Positions 42,537 through 53,356 of a DNA stretch of 64,000 bases are shown here, piece by piece; within the stretch, counting starts at the first letter, position 1, and every line of letters starts with the position of its first letter. Origin of the DNA: Alphaproteobacteria bacterium (GTDB taxonomy: Bacteria; Pseudomonadota; Alphaproteobacteria; MPNO01; UBA830). The notes under the pieces are model-generated. The model saw nothing but the letters and a program-made list of their open reading frames with translations, ran no database searches and was not told where the DNA came from. The DNA is taken from positions 1,632,001-1,696,000 of the forward strand of contig OZ219790.1 of assembly GCA_964291215.2 (NCBI GenBank), written 5' to 3'. The translations under genes and the position numbers were made by a program.

Positions 42537-44180
42537 TCAGTTAGCCTGGCGTCGCAGGAACGCGGGGATCTCGAGAAGATCATCGTCGACCTGCGAGGTC
42601 CGGATGCGGTCACCCGAATCGACACCCTCGAGCCGGGCCTGCTCCAGTGCCGGCGGCCGTTCGATCGCTACCGATGGCTCTGTCCTGGCCGGCACCTTGG
42701 CCGCCTCGGCATCGGCGGCCTTTCGGGCCTCCTTCCTGCCAGCGCCGGGACCCTTCCGGAAGAGGCCGGTTCCGAACAACCCTGACGATTTGGGTTCCTG
42801 AGCCGGCCGCGCGTCGGCCTTGAACAGATCCGGCGTGCCAGCAGTCTTCGGTGCCCGGTCGCCGTCGGGCGTCAGCGGTACGCCGCCCCGGGTCGGCGGA
42901 GTTACGGTAATGGCCTGCGGCTGCGATATCGGCACCCTCTCGGGCGCGAGTCCGGCAGGCGACGAAGTACCGACGGCAGCCGGATTCGCACCGTCTCTCA
43001 ACACCGCCGGCCGTGCGGTGGGCGGGTCATCCGCTGTCGTGCGCGCGACAGTTGCGTCCTCACCGAGGCCGCCGGGCTGCGTCTCATTACCGTCGTCGCG
43101 GATTTCGGTCACGGGCTCCTCTGCGGCCGGTTCCGGCGGGATGGTCGTCTCGGGCGCTACGGGCTGGGTGCCAGGAACCGCACGCAGCGACGGACGCGCC
43201 GTCTGGCCCGGTACCGGCGCGTCGATGCCGGTGGCCACGACAGATACCCGTATCTTGCCGTCCAATTCGGGGTCAATGGCCGATCCGAACACGATTTCGG
43301 CGTCCCCTCCGACTTCCTCACCGATCCGGTTGGCGACCTTGTCGACCTCGAACAGGGTCATGTCGCTTCCACCCGTGATGTTGATCAGGATACCCCGGGC
43401 CCCCTGCAGCGAGACCTCGTCGAGCAGCGGATTGGAGATGGCGGTTTCCGCCGCCACGATCTCACGATCTTCTCCCTGGCCCTCGCCGGTGCCCATGATC
43501 GCCTTGCCCATGTCGCTCATCACGGTGCGGACGTCGGCAAAGTCGAGATTGATCAAGCCAGGCACCACCATCAGATCGGTGATTCCCCGCACGCCGCTGT
43601 GCAGCACATCATCGGCCATTGCGAAGGCGTCCGCGCAGGTCGTCTTTTCGTTGGCTACCCGGAACAGGTTCTGGTTCGGGATGACGATCAGCGTATCGAC
43701 GTGCTGCTGCATCCCCTCTATCCCCATCTCGGCCATCTTCATCCGCTTGGAACCCTCGAACTGGAAAGGCTTGGTGACGACGCCGACGGTGAGAATGCCC
43801 TGCTCCCGCGCCACTCTTGCAACAACAGGCGCAGCGCCGGTTCCGGTTCCGCCACCCATCCCGGCCGTGATGAACAGCATGTGGGTATCGGACAGGGCAT
43901 CCGACAGGATATCGGCAGCCTCCTCGGCCGCGGCGCGTCCGATTTCCGGCCGGGTGCCGGCACCGAGACCCTGCGTGGTCTCGATTCCGAGCTGGATCTT
44001 GCGCGGCGCAAGATTGTGCGACAGCGCCTGCGCATCGGTGTTGGTGGCAATGAATTCGACGCCTTGCAAATCAGCTGCAATCATGTTGTTGACGGCGTTG
44101 CCGCCCGCGCCCCCGACGCCGATAACGGCTATTCTCGGCGACAGCTGGTCATGTTCGGGAACTGAGAGATTGATAGCCAT
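42537..44180 (-). CDS. ftsZ: Cell division protein FtsZ
   Basis: GMGGGTGTG tubulin motif, INLDFADV, C-terminal [12 protein letters not shown]. Confidence 0.98.
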   Translation of the reverse strand: MAINLSVPEHDQLSPRIAVIGVGGAGGNAVNNMIAADLQGVEFIATNTDAQALSHNLAPRKIQLGIETTQGLGAGTRPEIGRAAAEEAADILSDALSDTHMLFITAGMGGGTGTGAAPVVARVAREQGILTVGVVTKPFQFEGSKRMKMAEMGIEGMQQHVDTLIVIPNQNLFRVANEKTTCADAFAMADDVLHSGVRGITDLMVVPGLINLDFADVRTVMSDMGKAIMGTGEGQGEDREIVAAETAISNPLLDEVSLQGARGILINITGGSDMTLFEVDKVANRIGEEVGGDAEIVFGSAIDPELDGKIRVSVVATGIDAPVPGQTARPSLRAVPGTQPVAPETTIPPEPAAEEPVTEIRDDGNETQPGGLGEDATVARTTADDPPTARPAVLRDGANPAAVGTSSPAGLAPERVPISQPQAITVTPPTRGGVPLTPDGDRAPKTAGTPDLFKADARPAQEPKSSGLFGTGLFRKGPGAGRKEARKAADAEAAKVPARTEPSVAIERPPALEQARLEGVDSGDRIRTSQVDDDLLEIPAFLRRQAN

Positions 44181-44285
44181 GTTTACCTCCTGGTTGCCAT
44201 GGACAGGGGCGGGGACAGGATGTTCGCCCGGCCTCCGTGGGTGTGGGCGCAGTGCCCGGGATTGCGGTTAATGAACTCCATCGTT

Positions 44286-45569
44286 TCAAAAACACTCCTT
44301 CAGCCACCGGCGAACTCCGAACAGGCGCCTCCCGCGGCCATGGTCGATTTCATCGTCAGGGAAATCGCCATGCCGCTCGAGGCTGTGGCGCAGCAGGCCG
44401 GCGCAGACCGCAAAGGCGGGACCGCCGTTGGCGTCGGGCAGTCCCGAAATGCGAAGCGGACGACCGACCCGGACCTGCTTGCACAGAACCTGTTCGGCGA
44501 AGCGCTGCAGGCCCTGCAGTTGCGCGCCGCCACCGGTAAGAACAAAACGTTGGGAAACCGTCGGGTCGAGATGAGCGAGCTCGAGGCGTTCGCGGACAAG
44601 TTCAAAAATTTCCTCGATCCTCGGCCCGACGATTCCGGCAAGGATCGACCGCCGCACGTGATTGGCCTGCTGGTGCTCGCCCTCGCCGACCACGGGAACA
44701 TCGATGAGCTCGTTGTCGTCGCACAGAGAGGTGCCCGCGTCGCCGCAGAGGATCTTCATGCGTTCGGCATCGCCGAGCGGTGTCGACAATCCGCAGGCGA
44801 TGTCCTTGGTGATGTGATTGCTGCCGACCGGAACGGAGTCTGCGAATACCATCTCACCGCCGACGAACGACGCAATGGTGGTCGTCCCGCCGCCCATATC
44901 GAGAAGCGTCACGCCGATTTCCCTTTCGTCCTCGACGAGGCATGCAAGACCTGACGCGTAGGACGACACCACGACATCCTCGAGCTCGAGATGGCAGTGT
45001 GCGATACAGTTGTGAAGATTGCGGACCGTGGCCGCGGCCGCGGTGACCTGGTGATAGCGAGCACCCAGCAGCTCCCCGAACATGCCCCTCGGATCCCGGA
45101 CCCCCCGGTATCCGTCGATGTCGTAACCAACCGGCTTGCAGTGGAGGACGGCGCGATCTTCTGGCTGCAGGCATTCAAGGCTCTGCCGGCGCATCCGGCG
45201 AAGATCGGCATCGCCGATCTGGTGGCCGTCGAGCGCAACCTCGATCCGGCACATGCTCGAGCGGAACTCGCCTGCCGACAGGTTGACGACGACACGCTGC
45301 ACCTGTTCGCCCGCCCGCTCCTCGGCGACACCCACCGTCTCGACGACGGCCCGCTGGGCCGCTTGCATGTCGACAACGCAGCCATTGCGAATTCCGGCAG
45401 ATGCCTGGTGGGCGGCGCCGATGACGCGAATGCGCCCGTCAGCCTCGGTCTGGGCGATGAAACAGCAGATCTTCGAACTGCCGACATCCAGCGCCGCGAC
45501 GAGTCCGGTGCGTGGTCGGATCACGATCAGCCTCCCCTCCGGTCGCGCCTGCCCGCGCGTTGCCGGCAT
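44286..45569 (-). CDS. ftsA: Cell division protein FtsA (start approximate)
   Basis: ALDVGSSKICC, DMGGGTT, LTGGGAQL. Confidence 0.95.
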   Translation of the reverse strand: MPATRGQARPEGRLIVIRPRTGLVAALDVGSSKICCFIAQTEADGRIRVIGAAHQASAGIRNGCVVDMQAAQRAVVETVGVAEERAGEQVQRVVVNLSAGEFRSSMCRIEVALDGHQIGDADLRRMRRQSLECLQPEDRAVLHCKPVGYDIDGYRGVRDPRGMFGELLGARYHQVTAAAATVRNLHNCIAHCHLELEDVVVSSYASGLACLVEDEREIGVTLLDMGGGTTTIASFVGGEMVFADSVPVGSNHITKDIACGLSTPLGDAERMKILCGDAGTSLCDDNELIDVPVVGEGEHQQANHVRRSILAGIVGPRIEEIFELVRERLELAHLDPTVSQRFVLTGGGAQLQGLQRFAEQVLCKQVRVGRPLRISGLPDANGGPAFAVCAGLLRHSLERHGDFPDDEIDHGRGRRLFGVRRWLKECF

Positions 45570-45570
45570 C

Positions 45571-46434
45571 TCATGTCCGATCCCCCTTGCCGTCCGCACG
45601 TTCCTGTCTTTGCGGCGATTCCGATTCCCGCGTGCGCACGATGAGGCGGCCCGGAAAACGGAGATCAATGGCGACCAGATTCTGTTCGAGCAGCCCGTGC
45701 TCGCGCTCTAGCCGCACCAGACTGTCCCAGGCGTCGCGAGCGCCGGTTTCGGGAAGCCAGACATAGACCCCGCTGTCCATGCGGATGTTCCATCTCCGGC
45801 CGCCGACACGGACGGCGGCATCCACCCGTTTCTCAAGCTCGGGCGCTGCTGCCAGCATCGTCATCAACTCCGCGGCATGCGCCGGTGCGTCGGCGCCGAC
45901 GACAACCAGAAGGTCCGAAAACCCTTCCAGGTCGTCGTGCCGAATCACCGTGCCTTCATCATTGATGAGAACCAGCTGCTTGCGCCGCTGCCACAACGCG
46001 ACCGGCCTCCACTCCGCGATCACCACCCGCAGCGCATCCGGAAAGACCCGTCGTACGCTCGCCGCCCGCACCCAGGACAGCTGCTCCAGCCTCTGCCGTG
46101 CGGCCTCCAGGTCGACGGACAGGAGCGGCGTCCCGCGGGCCACGGCCAGCGCTCCCGAGACCTCCTTCACCGACGCCTGACGCCGGCCTTTCAGATAGAT
46201 CTGATCGACCCGCAGGCCGGCCCCGGCGAGGGTGGTCTCGGCAGTGCTGCGCACATTGTCCATGACCGCCGCCGGCCAACCGGCGTGCCAGGACAGGATA
46301 GCGCCGGCCGTAACCGTCGAGGCGAGCGCAGCCGCGACGGCGAAGCGCCGTATCCACCGCGTTCTGCGCGACGCCGGCCGGCGGCGCCTTTTCGCGGCGC
46401 TTCGGGAGCGGAAGGGCAGCCTCAGGCGTCGCAT
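45571..46434 (-). CDS. ftsQ: Cell division protein FtsQ
   Basis: TM segment plus POTRA domain, RRWNI, IDLRFPGRLIVR. Confidence 0.9.
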   Translation of the reverse strand: MRRLRLPFRSRSAAKRRRRPASRRTRWIRRFAVAAALASTVTAGAILSWHAGWPAAVMDNVRSTAETTLAGAGLRVDQIYLKGRRQASVKEVSGALAVARGTPLLSVDLEAARQRLEQLSWVRAASVRRVFPDALRVVIAEWRPVALWQRRKQLVLINDEGTVIRHDDLEGFSDLLVVVGADAPAHAAELMTMLAAAPELEKRVDAAVRVGGRRWNIRMDSGVYVWLPETGARDAWDSLVRLEREHGLLEQNLVAIDLRFPGRLIVRTRESESPQRQERADGKGDRT

Positions 46435-47342
46435 GTCGCCTGCTCCACCATCCACGACACCAACTCCTCGAAGCCGATGCCAATGTGCGCCGCCGCCTCG
46501 GGAACCAGAGAAAGCGGGGTCATGCCAGGCTGGGTGTTGACTTCGAGGAGATACAGCCGGCCTGGCTCGCCACCGGTGTCGTCATAGCGGAAATCCGCTC
46601 GCGACACGCCGCGGCAACCGAGGACGCGGTGCGCCCTGACCGCATAGTCCATCGCCGCCCGATAGGCCTCCTCATGGATGGGCGCCGGAAGCACGTGATC
46701 GGACGCGCCGGCGGTGTACTTGGCGCTGTAGTCGTAGAATCCGATTCGCGGCCGGATTTCCGTGACGCCCAGTGCACGGTCGCCCATGACGCAGACCGTC
46801 AGCTCACGCCCCGGAACGAATTCCTCGATCATGATCCGATCGCCGAGCCGCCAGTCGCTGACATCGGCATCACGCCTGTCGCCGGGCTCCTGCACGATCC
46901 GGACGCCGACGCTCGAACCCTCGTTGGCCGGCTTGACGACAGCTGGCAGCGGTCCCAGATCCGCGCACAGATACTCGTCCCGCGCAAGAATGCGATGCGC
47001 AGGACACGGAATTCCGACCGCGGCAAACAGCTGCTTCGCTGCAGGCTTGTCCATGGCAAGCGCCGAGGCCAGCACGCCCGAATGGGTATACGGGATACCT
47101 AGGCATTCGAGAACTCCCTGCATGCAACCATCCTCGCCGTAGCGCCCGTGAAGCGCGTTGAAGACCACGGCCGGACGCGGCTCAAGTTGCGTGAGGAGAT
47201 CGTCAAGCTGCCTTTCGACGCGGATCGGGCGGACATCGTATCCGGCGCTGGCGAGCGCCTTCAGCACTTCGGAGCCGCTGGTCAGCGAGACTTCACGCTC
47301 GCTGGACCAGCCGCCCATCAGGACCGCCACCGACCCGGTCAT
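46422..47342 (-). CDS. ddl: D-alanine--D-alanine ligase
   Basis: GGWSSEREVS, ALHGRYGEDG, EGSSVGV, LEVNTQPGMT. Confidence 0.96.
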   Translation of the reverse strand: MTGSVAVLMGGWSSEREVSLTSGSEVLKALASAGYDVRPIRVERQLDDLLTQLEPRPAVVFNALHGRYGEDGCMQGVLECLGIPYTHSGVLASALAMDKPAAKQLFAAVGIPCPAHRILARDEYLCADLGPLPAVVKPANEGSSVGVRIVQEPGDRRDADVSDWRLGDRIMIEEFVPGRELTVCVMGDRALGVTEIRPRIGFYDYSAKYTAGASDHVLPAPIHEEAYRAAMDYAVRAHRVLGCRGVSRADFRYDDTGGEPGRLYLLEVNTQPGMTPLSLVPEAAAHIGIGFEELVSWMVEQATCDA

Positions 47343-48283
47343 CGGCAGGGTCCTCCGACCGAAGAGGCGGCCGGCCTGCCGATTCGTCTGATCTCCCATT
47401 CCAGTTTGACGCCGCTATGGGCCAAAACCCGCGCCCGAATCGTCTCGCCGAGCGTTTCGATGTCAGCAGCCGTGGCGCCGCCATCGTTGATCAGGAAGTT
47501 ACAGTGCTGTTCAGAAACACGGGCTCCGCCGACTGACAGGTCGCGGCAACCGGCGGCTTCGACCAGCTCCCAGGCGCTGGCACCGGGAGGATTCTTGAAA
47601 GTCGACCCGCCCGTGCGCACCTGCATTGGCTGGTCGGATCGGCGGCGGTCCGCAATCGTGGCCATGCGGCAGGCGATGTCGGCACTGTCGCCCGGAATGC
47701 CCTGGAAGCAGGCGGAGACGAAGATCCAGCCTTCGGGGACGGCGCAATGCCGGTACGACATCCCGAGTTCGACCTTCGAGAGCGTATGCAGGTCACCGCC
47801 GCGATCGACCAGCCTGGCGTCGATGACGATGTCGGAAACCTCGCTGCCATAGGCGCCCGCGTTCATGCGAAGCGCCCCACCGACCGTTCCCGGAATCCCG
47901 GAAAGGAATTCTGTGCCGGCGAGGGCGCGGTCGCGACAGGCGCGCGACAGGGCGGCGCCGAGCGTTCCGGCACCGGCCTCGACACGGCCCGCATCGCCGA
48001 AGGCGATGCTCGAAAACGGCCGGCCCAGCGTAACCACTACACCTGGAACGCCGCCGTCGCGAACCAGCAGATTGGCGCCGATCCCGATGACGGTAACGTC
48101 GATATCGGGATCCAGGCCGCCGAGGAAGTCCTGGAGATCCTCGATGTCGGCGGGGCGGAACAGGATCTCAGCTCGCCCGCCGGTGCGAAACCAGGTGAGC
48201 GAGGCCAGTGCCGCATCGCGGTCGATGCGTCCGCGCACGGGCGGCAGCCCGTCGCCGGGATGGGTTGCGGCGGCGGCGAGCAT
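47339..48283 (-). CDS. murB: UDP-N-acetylmuramate dehydrogenase
   Basis: GIPGTVGGALRMNAGAYG, GSTFKNP, HCNFLIN. Confidence 0.96.
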   Translation of the reverse strand: MLAAAATHPGDGLPPVRGRIDRDAALASLTWFRTGGRAEILFRPADIEDLQDFLGGLDPDIDVTVIGIGANLLVRDGGVPGVVVTLGRPFSSIAFGDAGRVEAGAGTLGAALSRACRDRALAGTEFLSGIPGTVGGALRMNAGAYGSEVSDIVIDARLVDRGGDLHTLSKVELGMSYRHCAVPEGWIFVSACFQGIPGDSADIACRMATIADRRRSDQPMQVRTGGSTFKNPPGASAWELVEAAGCRDLSVGGARVSEQHCNFLINDGGATAADIETLGETIRARVLAHSGVKLEWEIRRIGRPAASSVGGPCR

Positions 48284-48285
48284 GG

Positions 48286-49725
48286 TCAGGTCCTCTCCGC
48301 CCGGCCGGCCCCGGCCATATTCCACAACTCCTCGAGCGACCCCGGAAGTTCGTGCGCCCAGCTGGTAACGTCGCCGGCTCCGAGACAGACAACAAAATCC
48401 CCGGGGCGAGCGACATCGGCGACGATGCCGGCCAGCGCGGCCGGATCCTTGAGATCGATGACGTGGCGGTGCCCGTGGGCCCGAAGCCCCTGCACGAGCG
48501 CCGTTCTGTCGATGCCGGGGACCAGGGCCTCGCCGGCCGCATAGATGTCGGCGACAATGACGACATCGGCATCATCGAAACACGTGCAGAAGCCGTGGAA
48601 GAGATCGCTGACACGAGAATAGCGGTGCGGCTGAAGGACGGCGACGACCTTGCCGGCCGCGTTTGCGCGAGTCGCTGCAAGAACCGCGGAGATCTCCCGC
48701 GGATGGTGGCCGTAATCGTCGATCACGGTGACGTCATTGACGACGCCGGTCCTGGTGAAGCGCCGGCTGACGCCACCGAACCCGGCCAGCGCGCGCCGCA
48801 CGGTATCGGGTTCGATGCCCATTTCGTCGGCGATGGCTATCGCCGCCAGGGCATTCCGGGCGTTGTGGTCGCCGGCCATCGGCAGCGTGAACCGCCCGAG
48901 TGCACGCACCGGTCCCATAGCCCGGTCGGCAGCGACGACGGCAAAGCTGGTGCCGAGAGTGCTCGCCGCAAGCTCGGTGATCCGGAAATCGGCCTGGGGG
49001 CTGAAGCCGTAGGTCACGATCCGTCGATCCGACACCGACGGAATCAGCGCCTGCACGTCCGGATCGTCGATGCAGAGCGTCGCGAAACCGTAGAAGGGTA
49101 TGTTCTGGATGAAGGACACGAACGCGTCTTTCAGGGAATCGAAATCGCCGTAGTGATCGAGATGCTCGCGGTCGATGTTCGTTGTCACGGCGATGGTCGC
49201 CGGCAGCTTGACGAAGGTGCCGTCCGATTCGTCGGCCTCGACGACGATCCAGTCGCCCTTGCCGAGCCGTGCGTTGGTGCCGTAGGCGTTGATGACGCCG
49301 CCATTGATGACCGTGGGATGGAACTCGCCGGCGTCGAGCACGGCCGCGACGATCGATGTCGTCGTCGTCTTGCCGTGGCTTCCGGCGACCGCGATCGACC
49401 ACTTGAGGCGCATGAGCTCGGCGAGCATCTCGGCCCGCGGGACTACCGGAATAAGGCGCGCGCGCGCCTCAAGAACCTCGGGATTGTCCGACCCGATGGC
49501 CGATGAAATCACCACTGCGGCCGCGCCCGCGACCCGGGCCGGATCGTGGCCGATCGTGACCTCGATGCCCAGCGACCGGAGGCGCCGGACGCCGCTGCCG
49601 TCCGCGATGTCGGTACCGCGCACCGAATAGCCGAGATTGTGGAGTATCTCGGCGATGCCGCTCATGCCGATGCCGCCGATGCCGACGAAGTGGAAAATCC
49701 CGATATCGAAGGGGAGCGGGCTCAT
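48286..49725 (-). CDS. murC: UDP-N-acetylmuramate--L-alanine ligase
   Basis: HFVGIGGIGMSGIA, GSHGKTTTT, EADESDG, DDYGHHP. Confidence 0.96.
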   Translation of the reverse strand: MSPLPFDIGIFHFVGIGGIGMSGIAEILHNLGYSVRGTDIADGSGVRRLRSLGIEVTIGHDPARVAGAAAVVISSAIGSDNPEVLEARARLIPVVPRAEMLAELMRLKWSIAVAGSHGKTTTTSIVAAVLDAGEFHPTVINGGVINAYGTNARLGKGDWIVVEADESDGTFVKLPATIAVTTNIDREHLDHYGDFDSLKDAFVSFIQNIPFYGFATLCIDDPDVQALIPSVSDRRIVTYGFSPQADFRITELAASTLGTSFAVVAADRAMGPVRALGRFTLPMAGDHNARNALAAIAIADEMGIEPDTVRRALAGFGGVSRRFTRTGVVNDVTVIDDYGHHPREISAVLAATRANAAGKVVAVLQPHRYSRVSDLFHGFCTCFDDADVVIVADIYAAGEALVPGIDRTALVQGLRAHGHRHVIDLKDPAALAGIVADVARPGDFVVCLGAGDVTSWAHELPGSLEELWNMAGAGRAERT

Positions 49726-50849
49726 GCCGTGGCCTCTCGGAGCCCCGGAGCGGCGTCCAGCAGCTGCTCGAACCGGTTGACCAGCGCAGCTGCCGCGTCG
49801 CGGCCGCCGGCGCGGCGCATCGCAGCGGCTGCAGTGGCGAGGAGCTCGGGTCCGACGACGAATTCCTCGAAGCGGAGGGCCAGCGCTTCGGCAGTGAAGG
49901 CGCCCCCGGGGATCAGCCACGCGCCGCCGGCCTCCTCGATGGCCCGGGCGTTCGCCGTCTGGTGGTCGTCCGTGGCATGGGGATAGGGCACGAGTATGGC
50001 CGGGCGGCCGACCTCGGCCAGCTCCGCCACCGTCGAGGCGCCCGAACGCGCAACAACCAGATGCGCCGCCGCCATGCGCGCCGCAACGTCGGTGAAGAAG
50101 CGGGCGAGTTCGGCATCGATGCCGCTCCGCCGGTAGGCGCGCCGGACTTCCTCGATGTCCTCGGGACGGCACTGCTGGACCACCCGAAAGCGGCGGCGCA
50201 TCGCATCGGGTAATCGCGACAAGGCGGCAGGCACCACGTCGCTGAACACGCGCGCCCCCTGGCTGCCGCCAAGCACCAGTACCCTGATCTCGCCGTCCCC
50301 GGCGACGCTTTCCGGGTAGGCCAGCATCCGCGCCTCGCTGAACGCGCCGCGGACGGGATTGCCGGTCGTCACCGCCTTGGCGCGTCCGGCATCACCGAGT
50401 CCGGCGGTTGTCTCGAAAGAGGTCGCGACCGCTGACACCCGCCGCATGACGAGGCGGTTTGCTCGTCCGAGCACCGCGTTCTGTTCGTGGATCAGGCTCG
50501 GCAGGCCTTGCGCCACGGCTACGAGCATGGTCGGCATCGAGGGATATCCGCCAAAGCCGATCACGCCGGCCGGCCGCAGCCTGCCCAGCAGCCGCCAAGC
50601 CTGGATAACTCCCGCACCGATGGCGAGCGCGGCGCCGATCCGCGCCAGCGGCCCGCCGGCCGAGCCGGCCGAACTGATTCGGTGGGCGCGAACGCCGTCC
50701 ACGCCGGTCTCGAAATTCTCGCCCCGCCGGTCGGTCGCGAGCGAAACCGGATAATCGCGGCGGACGAGCTCCCGGGCGACAGCGACAGCCGGGAACAAAT
50801 GTCCCCCCGTGCCGCCGGCGGCCAGCACGACATGGCGGGACGGTGTCAT
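49722..50849 (-). CDS. murG: Lipid II GlcNAc transferase
   Basis: GGTGGHLFP, HEQNAVLG, GGSQGA, RSGAST. Confidence 0.96.
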   Translation of the reverse strand: MTPSRHVVLAAGGTGGHLFPAVAVARELVRRDYPVSLATDRRGENFETGVDGVRAHRISSAGSAGGPLARIGAALAIGAGVIQAWRLLGRLRPAGVIGFGGYPSMPTMLVAVAQGLPSLIHEQNAVLGRANRLVMRRVSAVATSFETTAGLGDAGRAKAVTTGNPVRGAFSEARMLAYPESVAGDGEIRVLVLGGSQGARVFSDVVPAALSRLPDAMRRRFRVVQQCRPEDIEEVRRAYRRSGIDAELARFFTDVAARMAAAHLVVARSGASTVAELAEVGRPAILVPYPHATDDHQTANARAIEEAGGAWLIPGGAFTAEALALRFEEFVVGPELLATAAAAMRRAGGRDAAAALVNRFEQLLDAAPGLREATA

Positions 50850-51970
50850 GAGGCCGTCACCTGTTCCGGGCGACGCCGCGTCATCGCGAGAAGCAGGCCG
50901 ATCCCGAGGGCAGTCGCGGTCAGGGAGGAGCCGCCGTAGCTGACGAACGGCAACGTCATGCCCTTGGTCGGTATCAGGTGGAGCGTCGAGCCCATGTTGA
51001 TCAGGGCCTGCACCCCGAACAGAAATGCCAAGCCAGAGCCTGCAAGGAGGGCGAACAGATCGGTCTCGCGCATGATCCGAACGAGGCTGCGCAGCACGAT
51101 GAAGCCGAACAGGGCGATGAGCGCCAGACAGAAAACGGTGCCGAATTCCTCGCCGGCGACGGCGAACACGAAATCGGAATGCGAGTCGGGAAGCGCGTTC
51201 TTGACCGTGCCTTCGCCGGGCCCGAGTCCGAACAGGCCGCCTTTGCGGATAGCCTCCAGTCCACGCTCTATCTGATAACTGTTGCCGGCTTGCGGATCGA
51301 GAAAGTTGTCAACCCGCTTGGAGACGTGCGGAAACGCCAGATAGGCGCCGATCATCACGCCGATACCGCACAGGGCCAGGACGGCGGTGGTCAGGAGACG
51401 GAGGCCGGCGATGAAGAACTGGCCCATCCAGACCACCGCGACGACCACGGCCATTCCGATGTCCGGCTGGCGGGAAAGAAGGAATATCAGGAGACAGAAC
51501 ATCGCTGTCGAGATCAGGTTGCCGCTTGGCAGCGCGCCGCTGCGGCAGCCGGCGAACAAGGCCGCGGCGACGACTGCAAAGGCCGGCTTGAGAAACTCCG
51601 AGGGCTGCACGACGATCATGCCGAGCCTGAGCCAGCGGCTGGCACCCTTGATCTCGCTGCCGACGACGAACGTCGCGACGACGAGAGGAACGGCAATGAC
51701 GAGCACCAGGACTGAAACCGCCAGCGCGCCGCGCGGCGACAGCAGCGAAACCGCGAACATCGCGGCGACGGCGACGAAGAAATGGAAACTCTGGCGCCAT
51801 GCGAAGTAGAAGTGGTCGAGCCCGTAGCGATCGGCTGCTGACGGGCTCGCGGCGAACGCCATGAGAATCCCGGCAACGATGAGGAGGCCGAGTGCAACCA
51901 GGGTCGGCCGATCCACGGTCCACAGCCAGCGGCCAACGATCGAGGTGTCGGAGCGGGCGAAGGCGGTCAT
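50846..51970 (-). CDS. ftsW: SEDS glycosyltransferase FtsW
   Basis: GASRW, QPSEFLK, QPDIG, PDSHSDF, KGMTLPFVSYGGSS. Confidence 0.95.
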   Translation of the reverse strand: MTAFARSDTSIVGRWLWTVDRPTLVALGLLIVAGILMAFAASPSAADRYGLDHFYFAWRQSFHFFVAVAAMFAVSLLSPRGALAVSVLVLVIAVPLVVATFVVGSEIKGASRWLRLGMIVVQPSEFLKPAFAVVAAALFAGCRSGALPSGNLISTAMFCLLIFLLSRQPDIGMAVVVAVVWMGQFFIAGLRLLTTAVLALCGIGVMIGAYLAFPHVSKRVDNFLDPQAGNSYQIERGLEAIRKGGLFGLGPGEGTVKNALPDSHSDFVFAVAGEEFGTVFCLALIALFGFIVLRSLVRIMRETDLFALLAGSGLAFLFGVQALINMGSTLHLIPTKGMTLPFVSYGGSSLTATALGIGLLLAMTRRRPEQVTAS

Positions 51971-53349
51971 CTCGCCTCTCCCGACGCGCCGTCGAGGACA
52001 AGGGCGCGGAAATGTTCGCCGCGAGCCGCAAAATTCCGGTAGCGGTCGAAAGACGCTCCGGCGGGCGACAGCAGAACCACCGGCTCCCGTGCACGGTCGA
52101 CCGCAGCCTGGCATCGGGCCGCGTGCACGGCGCGCTCCAGGGAATCGGACTGCGTGCACGGAACACGGCCCCGGAGCTCGCGGCCAAAGGACGCAGCCGC
52201 CTCCCCGATCAGGTAAGCATGGCTGACATTGCCGAGCCAGGGGGCGGCGGGCGACAGCCCGTCTTCCTTCGCGATCCCGCCGGCGATCCAATAGATCTTC
52301 GAGAAGCTCGCGAGCGCCCGCGCCGCTGCGGCACCGTTGGTCGCCTTGGAATCGTTGACGTAGCGGATGCCGTCGATCACCGCGACGGTCTCCATCCGGT
52401 GCGGCAGCCCGCGGAATGTCGGCAGCGCCGCGCGGATGGCATCGGGCGCGATCCCGAGTATCCGCGCCGCCGCCCACGCCGCGGCCGCGTTCTGCCAGTT
52501 GTGCGGTCCGCGCAGGCTGGAGGCTGCCGAGAGGTCGCAGGATTCTCCGTCCGCATCATCGACCAAGGTTCCATCAACGACAGTAACCCCGGTGCCGGCG
52601 CCCGCCGAAACAGGCCGTACGGTGAACCGGCCGCTGCCGGCAAGCTCGTCGTGGATGGCACGGCAGCGGTCGTCGTCAATGCCGATAACGGCAGACTGCG
52701 GCCGGCCGTCCCGCGCGTCGCGGAAGATGCGTTTCTTGGCAGCGGTGTAACTGGCCATGCTTCCGTGGCGGTCGAGATGGTCCGGGGTCAGGTTGAGAAG
52801 GATGGCGATGTCGAAGGCGGTGTTGCGCGTCAGCTCGAGCTGGAAGGAAGACAGCTCGAGAATGATCACCTCGCCGGGCGCGGGCGGATCGAGATCGAGC
52901 ACCGGGCGTCCGATATTGCCCCCGAGCTGGGCCCGGCGGCCGGCCGTGCCGCAGATATGGGCCAGCAGCGCCACCACCGTCGACTTGCCGTTTGTGCCGG
53001 TGACGGCGACGAGAACCGCATCGCGGCAGCATTCCGCCATGAGCTCGATGTCGCCGATGACGGCTATGCCGGCGGCGGCGGCGCGCTCGACAACCGCATG
53101 CGGCCGCGGATGGGTGAGCGGCACGCCCGGGCTGAGAACAAGGGCCGACTGCCGCGCCCAGTCTATTCCGTCCGGCTCGACGAGCGGTATGTTCTCGGCG
53201 GCGGCGGCCGCGCGCGAGGCCGCCGCGTCATCCCATGCCACCACCTCCGCGCCGCCCGAGACGAGAGCGCGGGCGGTTGCCCGCCCCGAGGCGCCGAGGC
53301 CGAACACGGCGAGGTTCTGCGCCGCTCGTGTAGTCACGGGAATCATCAC
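51967..53349 (-). CDS. murD: UDP-MurNAc-L-Ala--D-Glu ligase
   Basis: TGTNGKST, ELSSFQL, NDSKATN, LLSPAGASFD. Confidence 0.96.
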   Translation of the reverse strand: MMIPVTTRAAQNLAVFGLGASGRATARALVSGGAEVVAWDDAAASRAAAAAENIPLVEPDGIDWARQSALVLSPGVPLTHPRPHAVVERAAAAGIAVIGDIELMAECCRDAVLVAVTGTNGKSTVVALLAHICGTAGRRAQLGGNIGRPVLDLDPPAPGEVIILELSSFQLELTRNTAFDIAILLNLTPDHLDRHGSMASYTAAKKRIFRDARDGRPQSAVIGIDDDRCRAIHDELAGSGRFTVRPVSAGAGTGVTVVDGTLVDDADGESCDLSAASSLRGPHNWQNAAAAWAAARILGIAPDAIRAALPTFRGLPHRMETVAVIDGIRYVNDSKATNGAAAARALASFSKIYWIAGGIAKEDGLSPAAPWLGNVSHAYLIGEAAASFGRELRGRVPCTQSDSLERAVHAARCQAAVDRAREPVVLLSPAGASFDRYRNFAARGEHFRALVLDGASGEAR

Positions 53350-53356
53350 GGCAAGA

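Noticed and set aside
42600-43220. Long Pro/Ala-rich region in FtsZ
   Set aside because: An extended C-terminal linker is normal for alphaproteobacterial FtsZ
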